Source: Eledone cirrhosa (lineage: Eukaryota). Taken from it: a DNA stretch of 64,000 nt. The stretch covers positions 402,318,001-402,382,000 of the forward strand of contig OZ024740.1 in NCBI GenBank assembly GCA_964016885.1, written 5' to 3'. Shown here piece after piece: positions 50,244 to 63,674 of the stretch (position 1 is its first letter; each line of letters opens with the position of its first letter). The translations under genes were made by a program, and so were the position numbers. The notes beneath the pieces were generated by a model. The model did no database searches, had not been told where the DNA came from, and was given only the letters and a program-made list of their open reading frames with translations.

Positions 50244-51100
50244 GGGGAAAATGAAACGAAATTTCATTTCTCACTCTTAGTACGGCTGTTACTTAAATAT
50301 AAGTATGTATACGTACATACATATATGTATACAGACGCACAGTAGTACGTATATATATATATACATACATGCACACACATATATATATGTACGTATGGAT
50401 TCACAGAACATTTATTATAATGCTCGGTGTGTTTGTAAACAAACATCTCGAATTAAGCCGGATGTCTAGCAACCATCGTTGCTCATTTCTTCAACACTGA
50501 CAAAGGAACGCTGTACTAGTTTCAAGCTTATTAGCTATCGTCAGCAACGTATATCTTCCTACCAGATGATTGAACGTCTGAAAGTATATACTTTCCTTAT
50601 TAACGGCTGAGCAGCCTAATTTGCATATCGAGTGAGTTAATCTGTATACATATATGTATTGACGTATACATACTTATATTTAAGTAACAGCCGTACTAAG
50701 AGTGAGAAATGAAATTTCGTTTCATTTTTCCGTTTATCGTTATCGGTACCCCGGCCGATTAACTCACTCGATATGCAAATTGGGCTACTCAGCCGTTAAT
50801 ATGCATAAGGAAAGTATATACTTTCAGACGTTCAATCATCTGGCAGGAAGGTATACGTTGCTGACGATAGCTAATAAGCTTGCAACTAGTACAGCGTTCC
50901 TTTTTCAGTGTTGAAGAAATGAGCAACGATGGTTGCTAGACACTGTACGGCTTAATTCGGGATGTTTGTTTACAAACACACCGAGCATTATAATAAATGT
51001 TCGGTGAATCCATACGTACATATATATGTGTGTGCATGTATGTATATATATATACATACTACTGTGCGTCTGTATACATATATGTATGTACGTATACATA

Positions 51101-51105
<5 letters not shown>
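50243..51105. mobile_element. Nested inverted duplication between (TA)n tracts; carries a hammerhead (PLE pLTR-like)
   Basis: 50248-50315 is mirrored at 50663-50730. ~50300-50640 is mirrored at ~50758-51105. Confidence 0.8.
50509..50549 (-). ncRNA. Minimal type I hammerhead ribozyme (mirror copy at 50856-50896 + has GAAA changed to GCAA)
   Basis: CGTTG-CTGACGA-T-AGCT-AATA-AGCT-T-GAAAC-TA-GTA^CAGCG. Stem I CGTTG/CAGCG, complete core, stem II, and a palindromic stem III ACTAGT like PLE-associated minimal hammerheads. Confidence 0.75.
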
Positions 51106-51169
<64 letters not shown>

Positions 51170-51539
51170 ACAAGGTATCATTTAAGGTAATCCAGCTAGA
51201 AGGTTGTGTGTTCTGTTGAGGATATTTTTAACGCACAGTGTTGTTTGACTCAACAAGAAGTTTCATATATATATATATATCACGATAAATTAACGGAGCC
51301 ATAGACCCTCGCGATTCCCTGTAAATAATGTGCTCAAAGGAGAAGAAATCCTGAGCTCTTTAAAATACATTATGTATATCTCTCTCTAGTGTGTTATCTT
51401 TTCAACTTATTGTATGTATATCTCTCTCTAGTGTGTTACCTTTTCAACATATCGTATTTCCATACACTGGTGGTTTTTACCCTGTTTTATTGATAGCGCA
51501 TTGTATATCTCTCTCTAGTGTGTTACCTTTTCAACATGT

Positions 51540-51578
<39 letters not shown>

Positions 51579-53284
51579 CCACGCACACAATGACACGCAT
51601 ACATACACACATATGTGTGTGTGGGGTGGGGGGGAGTGTCGAGAGAGAGGAAAATTGACAGTTAGCTAAGTAATTATAAGTCTAAATATGTAAGTAAATG
51701 GCCAGAAAGCTGAAATATAGCAGTTATAATCAATACATGAGAAATATGATCGTTTCACAGAAGCAAAAGTACGAGAGGAATAGTTCATGTCGTAATACTT
51801 TGTTTTAGGAACTGTTACAGAAGTAAAACTGTAATCAATGCAAAGATTACTAAAAATATAGAGTAGGGCAACTATGAAAAAAATATTAAAAGAAATAAAT
51901 GAATGAGAATTCTATAGGTTTTTATAATTGTGTTTCTCAGCTTACTCGAAGGTCACAAGTGATTTTTTAACACAGGTTCTTTTGTTGTAGACTTTTCTTT
52001 GTTTTCTTTGTATTTATACCGCCTACATTTAAATAATATTCATATTTTTGCTTTTTTTATACTCATTGTTTCGTTTTATACTTTTACTGTTCCCTATTGT
52101 TGTCCTTTTTTTCATTTTTTTTCACTTTTTTTAAATGTTATTATTTTGCTGTTCTCAGTTTCCTCGGGAACTAATACCATAATGAACATAGAATGGAAAA
52201 GCTTAAAACGAAATCTCTGATGATGTTTACACGTGTATGTATGAATTGCTGTACATGTGCGACTATGTTTGTAAGTAGGTGGGTTTAAATGTATGTTAGT
52301 ATTTAATATATGTGTAGGATAAATGTGTTTATGCCTATAACACAGTGCTGATTCTCAATGAAACCATGCTAAACATTCTCACGATAATATCGATCATGGC
52401 TATAATATCTTTTAGCAATATAGTCTAGAGATATAGCTAGGTAAGGTGACTGATTCTCAGAATATATACGGCAACAACAATTTTTCACATTTTTTCCATT
52501 GTTTTTTGTAACCAAATTTGTATTCATAGCGGCGTTTTGTTTAAGCTCTGATAACTTTACAGGCAGGAACATCGATACATCAAGATTATATTGGTGTCAA
52601 TGAAAATTAATTAATTTTTAAGATATTTTCCACCGCCAACTTAAAGGTAAATCTATGCCCTCAAGCGTTAACCTAATTTTTTTTTTCTTTTTCTTTTCTT
52701 ATACACCGTATATAATCTTTATAATTTTTTGGTAACATTTTTGTATGAAAGTTTGGTTGTATTATATTTTATCGCAGTGGAATCCTGGCAATATCCAAAC
52801 AATTTTAAAACCAATATCATTCGTGAGGTGACATTTTGAAACAATTTATATGGGGCGTCTGTTTCCTTTATTCATTCTCTACACTACATCTTACCCTCAA
52901 CGAATCTAAATTCAATCATTAAGCGAACCGTTTCAAATACAAGTCCCACTTGAAAATATTGATTCCGTAGGCAATCGCATAAATACAATTGGAATGTGTA
53001 ATGTCCATGCATTTCTCACTGCTATTTACAGGGCAAATAATTGAAATATTTCTTGAAATGAACACACAATTTAGAAACAGCATGTGCACTCCAACATGAT
53101 ATGTTGGTAGGTGTTGGAGGTAATTTTTATCTTACCGATATCGTTTAGTGTTGGTGCATAGTATAGGATATAAGTAATTTGCTCGCGTATATATATATAT
53201 ATATATATATCCCGAGTTCAATCGGGGGTAACCACGGTAAGTAAGGTACTCAATACAAAGCAGAGTATACATATTTAATATTGA

Positions 53285-53377
53285 AAAAGGCTTCTACAGG
53301 ACTAGAACTGTTTCATTCGGGAGAAATCATCAGGATTCTCCCGAATGAAACAGTTCTACTCCTGTAGAAGCCTTTTC
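53285..53377 (-). ncRNA. Hairpin with a hammerhead-like core on the - strand
   Basis: CTGATGA-T-TTC-TCCC-GAA-T-GAAAC-AGTTCTA-GTC (53333 to 53300). Confidence 0.55.
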
Positions 53378-55061
53378 TATATCATATATATATATATATA
53401 TACCTTTATAATAATATATAAGGGAACATAGAATCAGTGTTGCATCCTGGCTTGGCATACCGCCTAAGGACGAATTTAATTTGCACCGTTAATATCTATA
53501 TATCTTTATACATATACCTCTATATATATATACCGATAGATTTACATGATGCTGACTAGAGTAATTTATATATAAATATCTATGATATCTTACGAAATAT
53601 TATAAATGACATTTTCCCTCTTATTAAGACCATTACATATATATATATATATCTGTTGAATTCCTATAATTTAAACATTATGACATTAATATATTAACAA
53701 GTTACATGATAGATTGGGCAAAAAGTCAACGTATTTTTAGTCTTAATGCATATTGGTATGTAGAATAACAATACTGATTCTTATGCATTCACATACAATG
53801 TATCTGTAGGACACAAAATATGTATTCTATATACACCCTCTTTAAATACAACTCGTCAACGAACACTACATTTCTTAAATAATGGTTCAAGTGCTTTTAT
53901 GTTGGATATTCCAAATGTACTTGCATGACGGAAGGGAACATCTAAGAACAAAGAAACGATGTTGCGATATAGAATTTGGAAGCGGAAGTAAGCTATCATG
54001 AATTGACTAACTTCAACGTATATCTCATTTATCAGAAGCCACCTACATATTTAGATATATGCTTTGTACACAACATGAGATGGTGGGAAGCGATGATGCA
54101 CAAGAATGTCTACCGTAATTTGGTAGATTCTGCTACTCAGTAAAAACAATAATATATCTCGTATTAATTCAAGCTCATGCGTTTCTATGAGCAGTATACA
54201 GAAGCATTTCTTTTCCGTTTCAAGTGACTGGCAATCCTTCAGCCATTTTTTTATATAAAGAAGAACAAAAAATACCGTTTGTTACATTACAATAAACTGC
54301 ATTCGTTTGATAATTTTACGAGATATATACGTCTTAGTGCAATTTTATGTAGTACATATTTCCTGTATTCGCTCATTAATGGCCACACACAGAAACTGAA
54401 GATATAACAGAGAGTTAAGCCTTCGGTATCTGAATCAACGTACACCTAAGATTGGTTATAATATATACATCATGCTTCTTCGTTGAGGATTTATTATGGT
54501 TTTCATTTTACTTTTTACGTTTAATCGCTCATATTATATTTCCATTAGTGACTTCGGTCATGAAATTATTTCAAGCAAACACATACTATCTATACTAAAC
54601 AGCAGAACTGAGATGACGGTTCATTGCACAAGAGTTTAGTTTCATTAATTTAAAAGAAAGGGGATAATCACAAGACAACTTGATAGAAATTGATCCTATC
54701 TCGTAGTAATCGATAATTATTGGAGAGTTATTAAAGTAACAACAACTTAGAAATTAGAACAGTTTCTAAAAACGGTCATATAATTAAATTGGCACTTTTC
54801 AAGATTATGAGTCGAGTTACTGACTAGAAGTAGGTACACAGGAAAACTGAAATATCAGTGTAACAGTTCTTAAGAAAATAGATAATATTCAAGTAAATGA
54901 ACTTAAAGTATATCAGATAAAAGTATACTCACTCACACACACACACACATACACCCACATGTATATATATATATATATATATATACAAGCATATATATAT
55001 ATAAATATATGCATATTTTATATGTAAATATATATAAATATATATATTTATATATGTAGAT

Positions 55062-55113
<52 letters not shown>

Positions 55114-55119
55114 GTATGT

Positions 55120-55206
<87 letters not shown>

Positions 55207-55385
55207 GATATATATACATATATATATATATATTTATATACATATATATATATATATATACATATATATACATATATATATATATACATATACATATATA
55301 TATTTATATTTATATATATATATCTACATATATATATATATTTATATATATATCTACATATAAAATATGCATATATATATATGCT

Positions 55386-55415
<30 letters not shown>

Positions 55416-55421
<6 letters not shown>

Positions 55422-55877
55422 GACAGTGGGGAAAAAAAAATGGCTTCACTTGTGCTTTCAACAAATTTATTTTCTTCACAAAATCAAAAAATAATTTTTT
55501 TCGGGATTAGAAAAAATTTTTTTTTAAAAAAAAATTATTTTATAAATTAAGTTGTTGGTTGTTGGTTAGGAGTTCTTGGTTAACGTAGGGGGATATTGTT
55601 TCGTTTTTAGAACGACTTTTCACGCTGAGGTGCGCTTGTCAAACAGATTGACAAGCGCACCTCAGCGTGAAAGGTCGTTCTAAAAACGAAACAATACCTC
55701 CTACGTTAACCAAGAACTCCTAACCAACAACCAACAATTTAATTTATAAAATAATTTTTTTAAGAAAAAAATATTTTCTAATCCGGAAAAAATTATTTTT
55801 GGATTTTTTGAAGAAAATAAATTTGTTGAAAGCACAACTGAAGCTATTTTTTCTTCCCCCCCCCCCTGTCTTAATAT
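55416..55877. repeat. Long palindrome with ~225-bp arms and a 5-nt loop
   Basis: ...CACGCTGAGGTGCGCTTGTCAA-ACAGA-TTGACAAGCGCACCTCAGCGTG... with arms extending to TATTAAGACAG/CTGTCTTAATA. Confidence 0.9.
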
Positions 55878-56086
55878 ACCTAACTGTACCAAGGATTACA
55901 CACATTTTTCCAATATATATATATATATATATATACAGCCCACTATCAGGATAAAAAATGTCTTTAGTAAAAAATTCGGTGAAAGCGTATATTTCTAATT
56001 TCAAACTCGCTCACTGTTTCAAAAGATACTTACTCGTCATTTACTTGCTAAGAATCTAACTTCTAATTTGAATGGAAGGAAGTGGG

Positions 56087-56158
56087 TGATGTGTTGGTGT
56101 AATGGTAGCACAGTGGTCTGGATAACCAAAGATGTTGGTTCGACTCCCATGTACGTCA
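56087..56158 (+). ncRNA. tRNA-like cloverleaf inside a repeat (Gln-like D arm, apparent anticodon GGA); probably not a decoding tRNA
   Basis: Acceptor TGATGTG/TACGTCA, A box TGGTGTAATGG, anticodon arm TGGT-CTGGATA-ACCA, B box GGTTCGACTCC. Confidence 0.55.
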
Positions 56159-56337
56159 ATACTCATCTTTTTCCATATCTCTGAGGGTTCTAAACCCCAC
56201 TATCAGACTAAAGAATTTATTTAGTCAAATATACGGTGAAAGCTTATATTTTTAATTTTATATATATATATATATATGCATACATCTTCTATGTGACTGA
56301 TAAAGACCTAAATTTTGGGGTTCGAGAATCCACCCTT

Positions 56338-56395
<58 letters not shown>

Positions 56396-56401
56396 AGTAA
56401 T

Positions 56402-56525
56402 AATGATTTCATTTATTGGCCCCAAGGACCGACATATAGGGGACAATAGAAAAGACTGGGACAGTGGGGTTTTACAGAAAAATCGAGTAAACAATATGAA
56501 TAACAATAACAAAGTAACAATAAAA
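56402..56525 (-). mobile_element. Tx1 variant-B 3'UTR-only copy
   Basis: Matches 850-960, after TAATAAT. Confidence 0.85.
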
Positions 56526-56634
56526 ATACTTTTTGTGTAGTAATAATGATAATTGCGAAGACAAAAATCCGAAGAGGGCTCGATAAGGATAATATATATA
56601 TCAAATATATATAAAAACCATAGAGCAAATATTT

Positions 56635-56768
56635 ATTAAAATAACAGAATAAAGTTTAAGCAAAAATCGCTGCTTTCACACTTAACGGGATCTTCTGAAA
56701 CTAAAAAGTTTCAGAAAATCCCGTTCAGGGTGAAAACAGCGATTCTTTACTTTAATCTGTTATTTAAT
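56635..56768. repeat. Fold-back with a degenerate hammerhead-like core
   Basis: + strand CAGAAAA-T-CCC-GTTCA-GGG-T-GAAAAC, mirrored at 56665-56700. Confidence 0.6.
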
Positions 56769-56932
56769 ATATATATAGTCCGGGAACCTTATAGGCACCC
56801 GTTTTACTTGTGTTATGTTGAGGCAAATAACTATTTATATACTCTGGTAATGTATCTTACATTGCCCTTTGAGTGCGCTGAGATACAACCGGTACTGGCA
56901 TTGATAAATATGCTGGGTCTGTCAACCTTTAT

Positions 56933-56995
<63 letters not shown>

Positions 56996-58147
56996 CTCAA
57001 AGTGTGTTTCTGTATTCCAATGTATATTTATGGAAGAAATGTTTTTTTCTCTGACAAATTCAGTGAATGCAGCTGTTTGCCCCAGTACAAGTTATTTTCT
57101 TTATCATATCCCCATTTTTATCAATCTATTCACTATAAAATGAACTCATTATTTCTTATTTACGTCTCCCTCTTCTTTGTGATTTGTTTTGATTCTCTTC
57201 TTAAAGCGGGTAATAGCAGAGGTTGAGGGTAATAAGATGGCTGTGGTGTTGAGAAGCATGAAGAGATTAAATCTAATCCGCATTGCTTTATAGGATTAAA
57301 GATCTAGATTGAAATAAAGAGAAGTGTAGTCTATAGCACAAGTTTCTGCTGTGTCGCAGCATAATAATGATAACCCCATCAATCATCAGATGACATGAAA
57401 GACACCTTTTATATTGTATGTACGAGAAATCGGGGTACACAAAACAAACGAATTTACGCACACATACGGCGACTTCGCACATACGAACACAGGCATACAC
57501 GCACATATACGCACATGAATGTACATATACAAACATACACACACACACATCAACACATACATAAATATATATATATAAGTATATATGTCTATGTCTCTTT
57601 TTCTGTCTAAGTGTATAACAATTGAGTACATTTGACAATAGATACGTATAGGCCCATAGGTACGGAGATAAACATGCATACGTCTATGAACGTGCGCGTG
57701 CACACTCACACACACACACACACACATACACACATGCACACACACACACATATATATATATTAGAACAGATTAAATGTTTAAGGAAACAATTTCTGGTTT
57801 CACACTGATAGGAGATTTTCGGAAGTTGAGATATATCAGTCCCCTAGAAACAGATATAAATATTTCTCAAATGTTACAAGCAAATGTCTTTAAAATTAGA
57901 AAGACAAAAAGGTAACATGTGAAACTTTCAAATGCATTACAGCTATATGTATCCAAAAGAATAAAAGAAATCTAAGTTACGTCATTAATAAAGGCGGGGG
58001 GGGGGGGGAACTAATGCGTGCTCTCAAAGTATCGGGAGGCTTTTTCTACTTTTTAAATTAACCGAATGTTTTAATGGAAACTTATTAATCAAAGAAATGC
58101 TTTTAAATCTAAAAATATTGATCATATTAATAATATTACTAATAATA

Positions 58148-58320
58148 ATTGTTTCTACTTTTGGCGCAAGACCAGCAATTACCTCAGTGCATTACTGGTA
58201 CTTTATTTTATCAACCCCATAAGGCAAAGTTAACCTTGGCGGGATTTGAACACAGAATGGCAAGGGCCGTTACTCTATGTTGGAAAGTATGGTGCCCGAC
58301 CCTCTACCGATACTCCCAAT
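58148..58320 (-). mobile_element. SINE copy
   Basis: Reverse complement matches the 43098-43283 copy. Confidence 0.8.
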
Positions 58321-58329
58321 AATAATAAA

Positions 58330-59008
58330 AATTAATTCTTTATTCGTCACACAGAATTCATGTTAAAAATATGTTGGGCGATAGACCACATAGGACGAAA
58401 ACATCGAGTGTTTGTATGTGAGTGTGTGGATTCTGCGAGTCAACAGGTTTAACAATTATAAAAGTACTGTAACAATAATAAACATTAACAATGGGAATTT
58501 CTCAATAGGGAGGACAGATTCGAGGGCTGCGCATGGAAACACATATAAAACCACCCGTGTCCTGATCTATAGGTCAAGTGCCCTGTCCCAGTTGTACTCC
58601 CGCAATCTACAGGCTTACACTCAGAGCGGGCCCATTCACTAGGGTGATGCTCGCCTCTCTCACACCTACCTTTCAAAAAACTGTCTGTAAGGTGCCACTT
58701 TCTTTTCTACCCGGATATTCCTCTTCAAGTGAAAATGTTAATCAGCTCTTCGCTGAAGAGGAGAGTGCATGTTTTGAACCCTTTCAGACTTGTCACCCAT
58801 ACATCCTCTTTAACCCTGGTCACCAGACAGATAAAACCCACCTGTCTTCCTGACTAAAGGAAGTCTTCAATGCGATCTTCATAGAGAAGTCAGGTAATAG
58901 CCGGTGTTGGACAAATCAGCAATGCTTACTCTCGGTAACCATTGACGCAGAAAAGCATTTCCGTCAAGGAGATGAGCTGGGTAAACACGTTTCTAGTGAA
59001 CGGTTGCC
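58330..59008 (-). mobile_element. Decayed Tx1 3' fragment
   Basis: GTGCCCTGTCCCAGTT, CTCAGAGCGGGCCCATTCAC and CACCAGACAGATAAAA match 1800-2070. WQPFTRNVFTQLISLTEM matches WSPFARHVFPQLVSLTEL. Confidence 0.75.
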
Positions 59009-59009
59009 A

Positions 59010-59380
59010 CACACATTCACTGATTCCAGTTCTATCAAGATTTGTCAGGATGCTTTGTTCCATAGACCCAAGTATACCAATCTCAATTGGTACCACTCTT
59101 GCGTTCATATTACAAATTCTTTCGTCGTGTTTTCTCAAGTCTGCATACATTATGATTTTCTAGTTTTCGTTACCATTGATGTAATGATTTCCCGAGCAAG
59201 CTACATCGATCAACAAACACCTCCTTTCAATACTTTTCCCCACCAAATTTATTTCTTGCCTTGTATTTTCAAGAACTCTATCTCTCTGGATTGTAAAGTT
59301 CCACAAGAGTTTCACAGTCTCCATTTCTATGGACCTTCTCTGGTTTGTGCTGATACCATTTCTCTGCAAACCTATATTTC
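59010..59380 (-). mobile_element. Decayed R4/Dong RLE fragment
   Basis: VKLLWNFTIQRDRVLENTRQ..RCLLIDVAC and YADL..RVVPIEIGILG. Confidence 0.75.
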
Positions 59381-59599
59381 ATGAATACACTCCTATGGAG
59401 TTTTATGAACTCGTGACATCTTTATATCATTACTTTTTAAAAACTTCCTTTGAGTTCTGCTTCTTTCCCATATTATCCCGAGCGTCAACCTGACACCAGA
59501 GGCAAAATTTGGTAATACACAAATTTTAGAATCATTCGTTTTACAAACGAAGTCATAAGCGCATAAACAAAACAAAACGTCTTTGCAAGGTATTCAAAT

Positions 59600-60825
59600 T
59601 TATAATGTTCTTATCAGGACAGTGAGAGTGCCGTCGGCACTATTTTCTGAATCCCTTGCAGAGATGGCTTTCCATATATCTGGGCAAAATATTTTTCAGT
59701 TCTCCTTTTTATTATTTCAAGTATTGTACTGGTATCATTGGTATTGTACTGGTTTTAAGATGCTACATTCTCTCAGTTTCAATTGTCAGATCTTTATATT
59801 TACTAAGCTATCGGAATTCTTTTGCGGAGATGTTACGATCTGACGGAATGCGCATATCAATTAAGAAGCATGCTTTTTTTTATGGTCTTTGACAATTATA
59901 TCAGGTCTTTTCGCCTTCTATCGTTGTTCACAGGGAAGTCCCGCAGGGTTGTCATGTACTCGTTTCTTGTCACTGCAACTGAGTGATGGTTGTACTATTT
60001 TACGTCTGTTTATATATATATATATGCCATTAAGCCCGCATATTGCTTAGCGAAATATACAGGCTTTATATTCCTGGAGAGGTGATATTCTACAGCCTGA
60101 AACCAGGTGGTTAATAGTCTGAACATGCTAATAAACAGAAGCAACTCTTTTGGGTCAGTTTCATTTCTGATCACAATGACTTGAAAGTCACTCGCAGAAA
60201 GACACTGGTCTTGTGCAGCCACACTGACGCACCAATCTCTGCTTTTAGCGCAGAACTCCGCACATTGATGGGTACGTATTAGCTCTACATCAGAGTATTT
60301 GCTACGAAGATTATAGTAACCATCCATTGGGTTTTCTTCTTATTTAGAGCATAGTATCCGTTCATCTCCATGTTTGCCAGCATTTTAATGTTCTTTGCAG
60401 GTTTAATTGAATAATCACCATTATTTTCAAAATGTATTTGAAATTCTTCCCCAAACTTCATCCTTTCCTTTGTGATTAAATGTAATCCCTGTTTCTTTTC
60501 ATCTGCAACAATTGTTATCATCCAGTCGTCTGTAGTTTTAATGTATTTTGTATTTTTCAAGTCCAATTTTTTTATATTTTGCATAACGTCTGAAGCTGGA
60601 TCATTCATCTACCAGTATTTTGTCTAGAAAAATTGAGGCGATCAGCATCTGCTTATGGGTGATGTAGTTTATTACTGGTAAGAACTTTCCTGATTCTGGT
60701 GTCCGTTTTCTTTATTTCATTAACGTTCTCAATTATGATATTGAAACTAAACTATAGGGGACAACTGCGATTGCAAGTACTTAATTCGCAAAGATTTTAT
60801 TATTTGAACTTAGTTCAGTTTTCAA
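59600..60825 (-). mobile_element. Decayed R4/Dong family-B-like element (post-RT region to RLE)
   Basis: Manual translation gives DTRIRKVLTSNKLHHP*ADADRL, AAQDQCL and RPDIIVKD..LIDM.IPSD..LSKYKDL..IQKIV. Interrupted by a short (TA)n at ~60012. Confidence 0.75.
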
Positions 60826-60829
60826 GACA

Positions 60830-62300
60830 GCACATACTGTACGGTAGCATTGTCGTCCAAGGATTGGATGGGGCGATGCAAAATTATGCGATCCCAATCA
60901 TGTCCATACAGGACAACCTCTACCTCATGCGTTACATCATATAGTGGGTGGTGTGAAAACCTGACTTCGGTGGGTCTTAGATTAATTTTGGTCAATCGAG
61001 AGCATTCGATAGGGTCGATCATCAATATCTAGAGGCTATCTTCAAGGCAGCTGGCTTCGGTCCCGTCTTCAGAGGTTTGATCGTTGCAACGCACAACGCC
61101 ATTTGGTCGGTGGTCAAAGTAAATGGCTACGTTTTGGAAACGTTTCAGATTCCGGGTTCGTGCCCTCACTCTAACCGTCTGTACTTATTGACTATCGAGG
61201 TTTACAGTGGAAGTTGCTGGGCATCCCGCTCGTACCGGGAAGTGATAGGGCTGTGTTGGCACAGGCGGACGATATCAACGTGATGCTGTCGAACTCCTCG
61301 GAAATCTAACTGGTCGGCAACATTCTTAGAAGAATATGAAAGTTTGACGGGAGCAAAACTGAACCACGAAAAGACGGTGGGTTTGAAGATTGGTACTTAG
61401 AAAGGCAAATCAATACCGTTCACCTGCGTCGTCGTACGCTGGACGGAGGGACCCAGAAAAAGTTGATCGGTGTCTTGTTCGGATCAGACTTGCAGGTGAA
61501 TAAGCAGGTTGGGCAGGCTTACCTAGAAATGGGCCGAGAGGAATCTACTACCACCTGACTGTCATATTTTGCCCCCGTTAGCACCTAATTAATTAGGAAC
61601 GCCTGCATTTTAACGTTTTGGGAAAAGGAAAGGTTCCATAGGTGAGGCAGTCCATCTATTGCCAGCACCCTTTACGCGGAGAGCTGTGCATGCCGTTACC
61701 GATGATGCGCAAATATACTCTGAGGCTACGGTACCTTCAGATATTTTAAAACTGAGAACAGAAGTGTACTGTTGATTTGTGGAGTTATGTCGAACAGCTG
61801 TTATCGCGTGTAGAATGGATCCGGCTGGGAAGAGAAGGGAGTTTTCCTCTGTCGTGTGGTTGTGGCGAAATAAATTCTGTGGTAGACGCAAACTGCGAGA
61901 ACTGAAGACAGACACATTCCTCTTCGACCAAGCCCTCAAAGTTTTCAAGTTCTACTTGGAAAGGAAAATGGTGAGAAAAGTCTGACCCCCAAGTACATTT
62001 GCTAAAAGGTGGGTGAATTTTGCAAGAAATACCTGTGTGAATGGGCGTAGTGTGCTCATGCCCCTGTAGGCTGGTTGATTTGTAGAGGAGAGAGATGTAT
62101 TCCCAAGGTACTCAGGAAGCGTCATGTGATTCAAGATTGGTGGGGTTCCTGTGTTGCCCCTGGGTGGATCTTCCCCTATTTTTCGCGATAACAGTTGTCC
62201 GACATAACTCCACAAGCCAAAAGTGCACGTGCACTATACGTGTGCATGAAGAACGGTTTAATCCTTACCTCATGTGTTGCTTGTAGAGCGCTTCCGTCTC
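60830..62300 (+). mobile_element. Decayed Tx1 ORF2/3' fragments; the last piece (62183-62300) is inverted
   Basis: IQDNLYLMRYII, ATTCGATAGGGTCGATCATC, EEYESLTGAKLNHEK, and LKTDTFLFDQAL..FKFYLERK. Confidence 0.75.
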
Positions 62301-62323
62301 GTGAATAAGATAAAGAAAACAAT

Positions 62324-62397
<74 letters not shown>

Positions 62398-63427
62398 GTC
62401 TGACAGTCTACCACATTTTATTATATCTACACATTCATCTCATATCTTAAGGAATTTTAGTAAATATAATATATGCTAGACAATGTTCATACATACATGC
62501 GTATTTCAAACATACTCATTTCTCTGCACGAAATATTCTGCATATACGACCATATAAAAAAGTACTGAATGAATATTATAATAGAAAGAAATATTATAGG
62601 ATGAAATAAACAAATAAATGAATTACAGAAAAATGTGGTATCCTAGAAGGTTAGTTTTAGTATATATATGTGTGAATTTAGCCATGCGGAATATATGTAA
62701 AACATGCCTCCTCACGAATATCACATTGATGATAGGGAGGTTTGATTATCCGAAATCAAATACTACACGGTTTCACGGTTGAAAGGACAAAGCTGTTTGA
62801 TCCTAGGAGGAATGAGTATTAAACAAATAAAAAAAATAATAGAAAGGAAATGTCTGTATTAAGTGAGAAAAGTAAAGAAGCAAAAGGTAAAAAAAAAAAT
62901 GAAAAGAAGACAATTTATGGGTAAACTAAGATTGAATAAAAGAAAAGAAGTAACAACAATAAAAAATAAATTGTTAGATGTGAAAATAAGGGACATTAAA
63001 TGGTGGACATTTAGAAATGTTGGAGATATTAAATGGTAATGTTAAGGTCTTGATGCGATACGGTTAGAAACAGTTGAACGGCATTAATGGGTAAATGGTC
63101 AAAAATGTAAGCGGCCTTGCTAAGGATTACTTTCTTAGTTTTATGTAGCAGCAGTAAACACAATGGTCGGTTGAATTTTTGACTTGTCGATAGGTTAAGA
63201 GCTACTTATGTCTAAGCCTGAGAAATAAAGAAAAAATCACTCCCCGTCCTCCAAAATAATGATAATAATAATAAAAGAAAAGAGTTCAGTGCCCAAATCA
63301 AACCAAAGGATATATATATGTTTGTGTGGGGGTTTGTGCGCGCACGTACGTGTATCTGTTGTGTGTATGTAATAGCATATGTATATATATATATAAAAAC
63401 ACACACACTTATATATATATATACACA

Positions 63428-63487
<60 letters not shown>

Positions 63488-63523
63488 CATATATATAAAC
63501 ATACATACATACATATATATATA

Positions 63524-63574
<51 letters not shown>

Positions 63575-63608
63575 ACATACATACATACATAGATAGATAT
63601 GCGCACAC

Positions 63609-63674
<66 letters not shown>

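Noticed and set aside
51700-54900. Unique AT-rich stretch as a gene or regulatory region
   Set aside because: No supportable ORF, splice pattern or RNA motif by eye. It could be intronic and cannot be decided without transcript data.
56087-56158. Functional tRNA-Ser(GGA)
   Set aside because: No long variable arm, a pyrimidine at position 37, stem mismatches, and it is embedded in a multi-copy repeat.
60010-60608. Possible host exons (105-aa and 107-aa ORFs)
   Set aside because: They carry AAQDQ and lie between DRL and RPDI motifs, so they belong to a decayed R4/Dong element.
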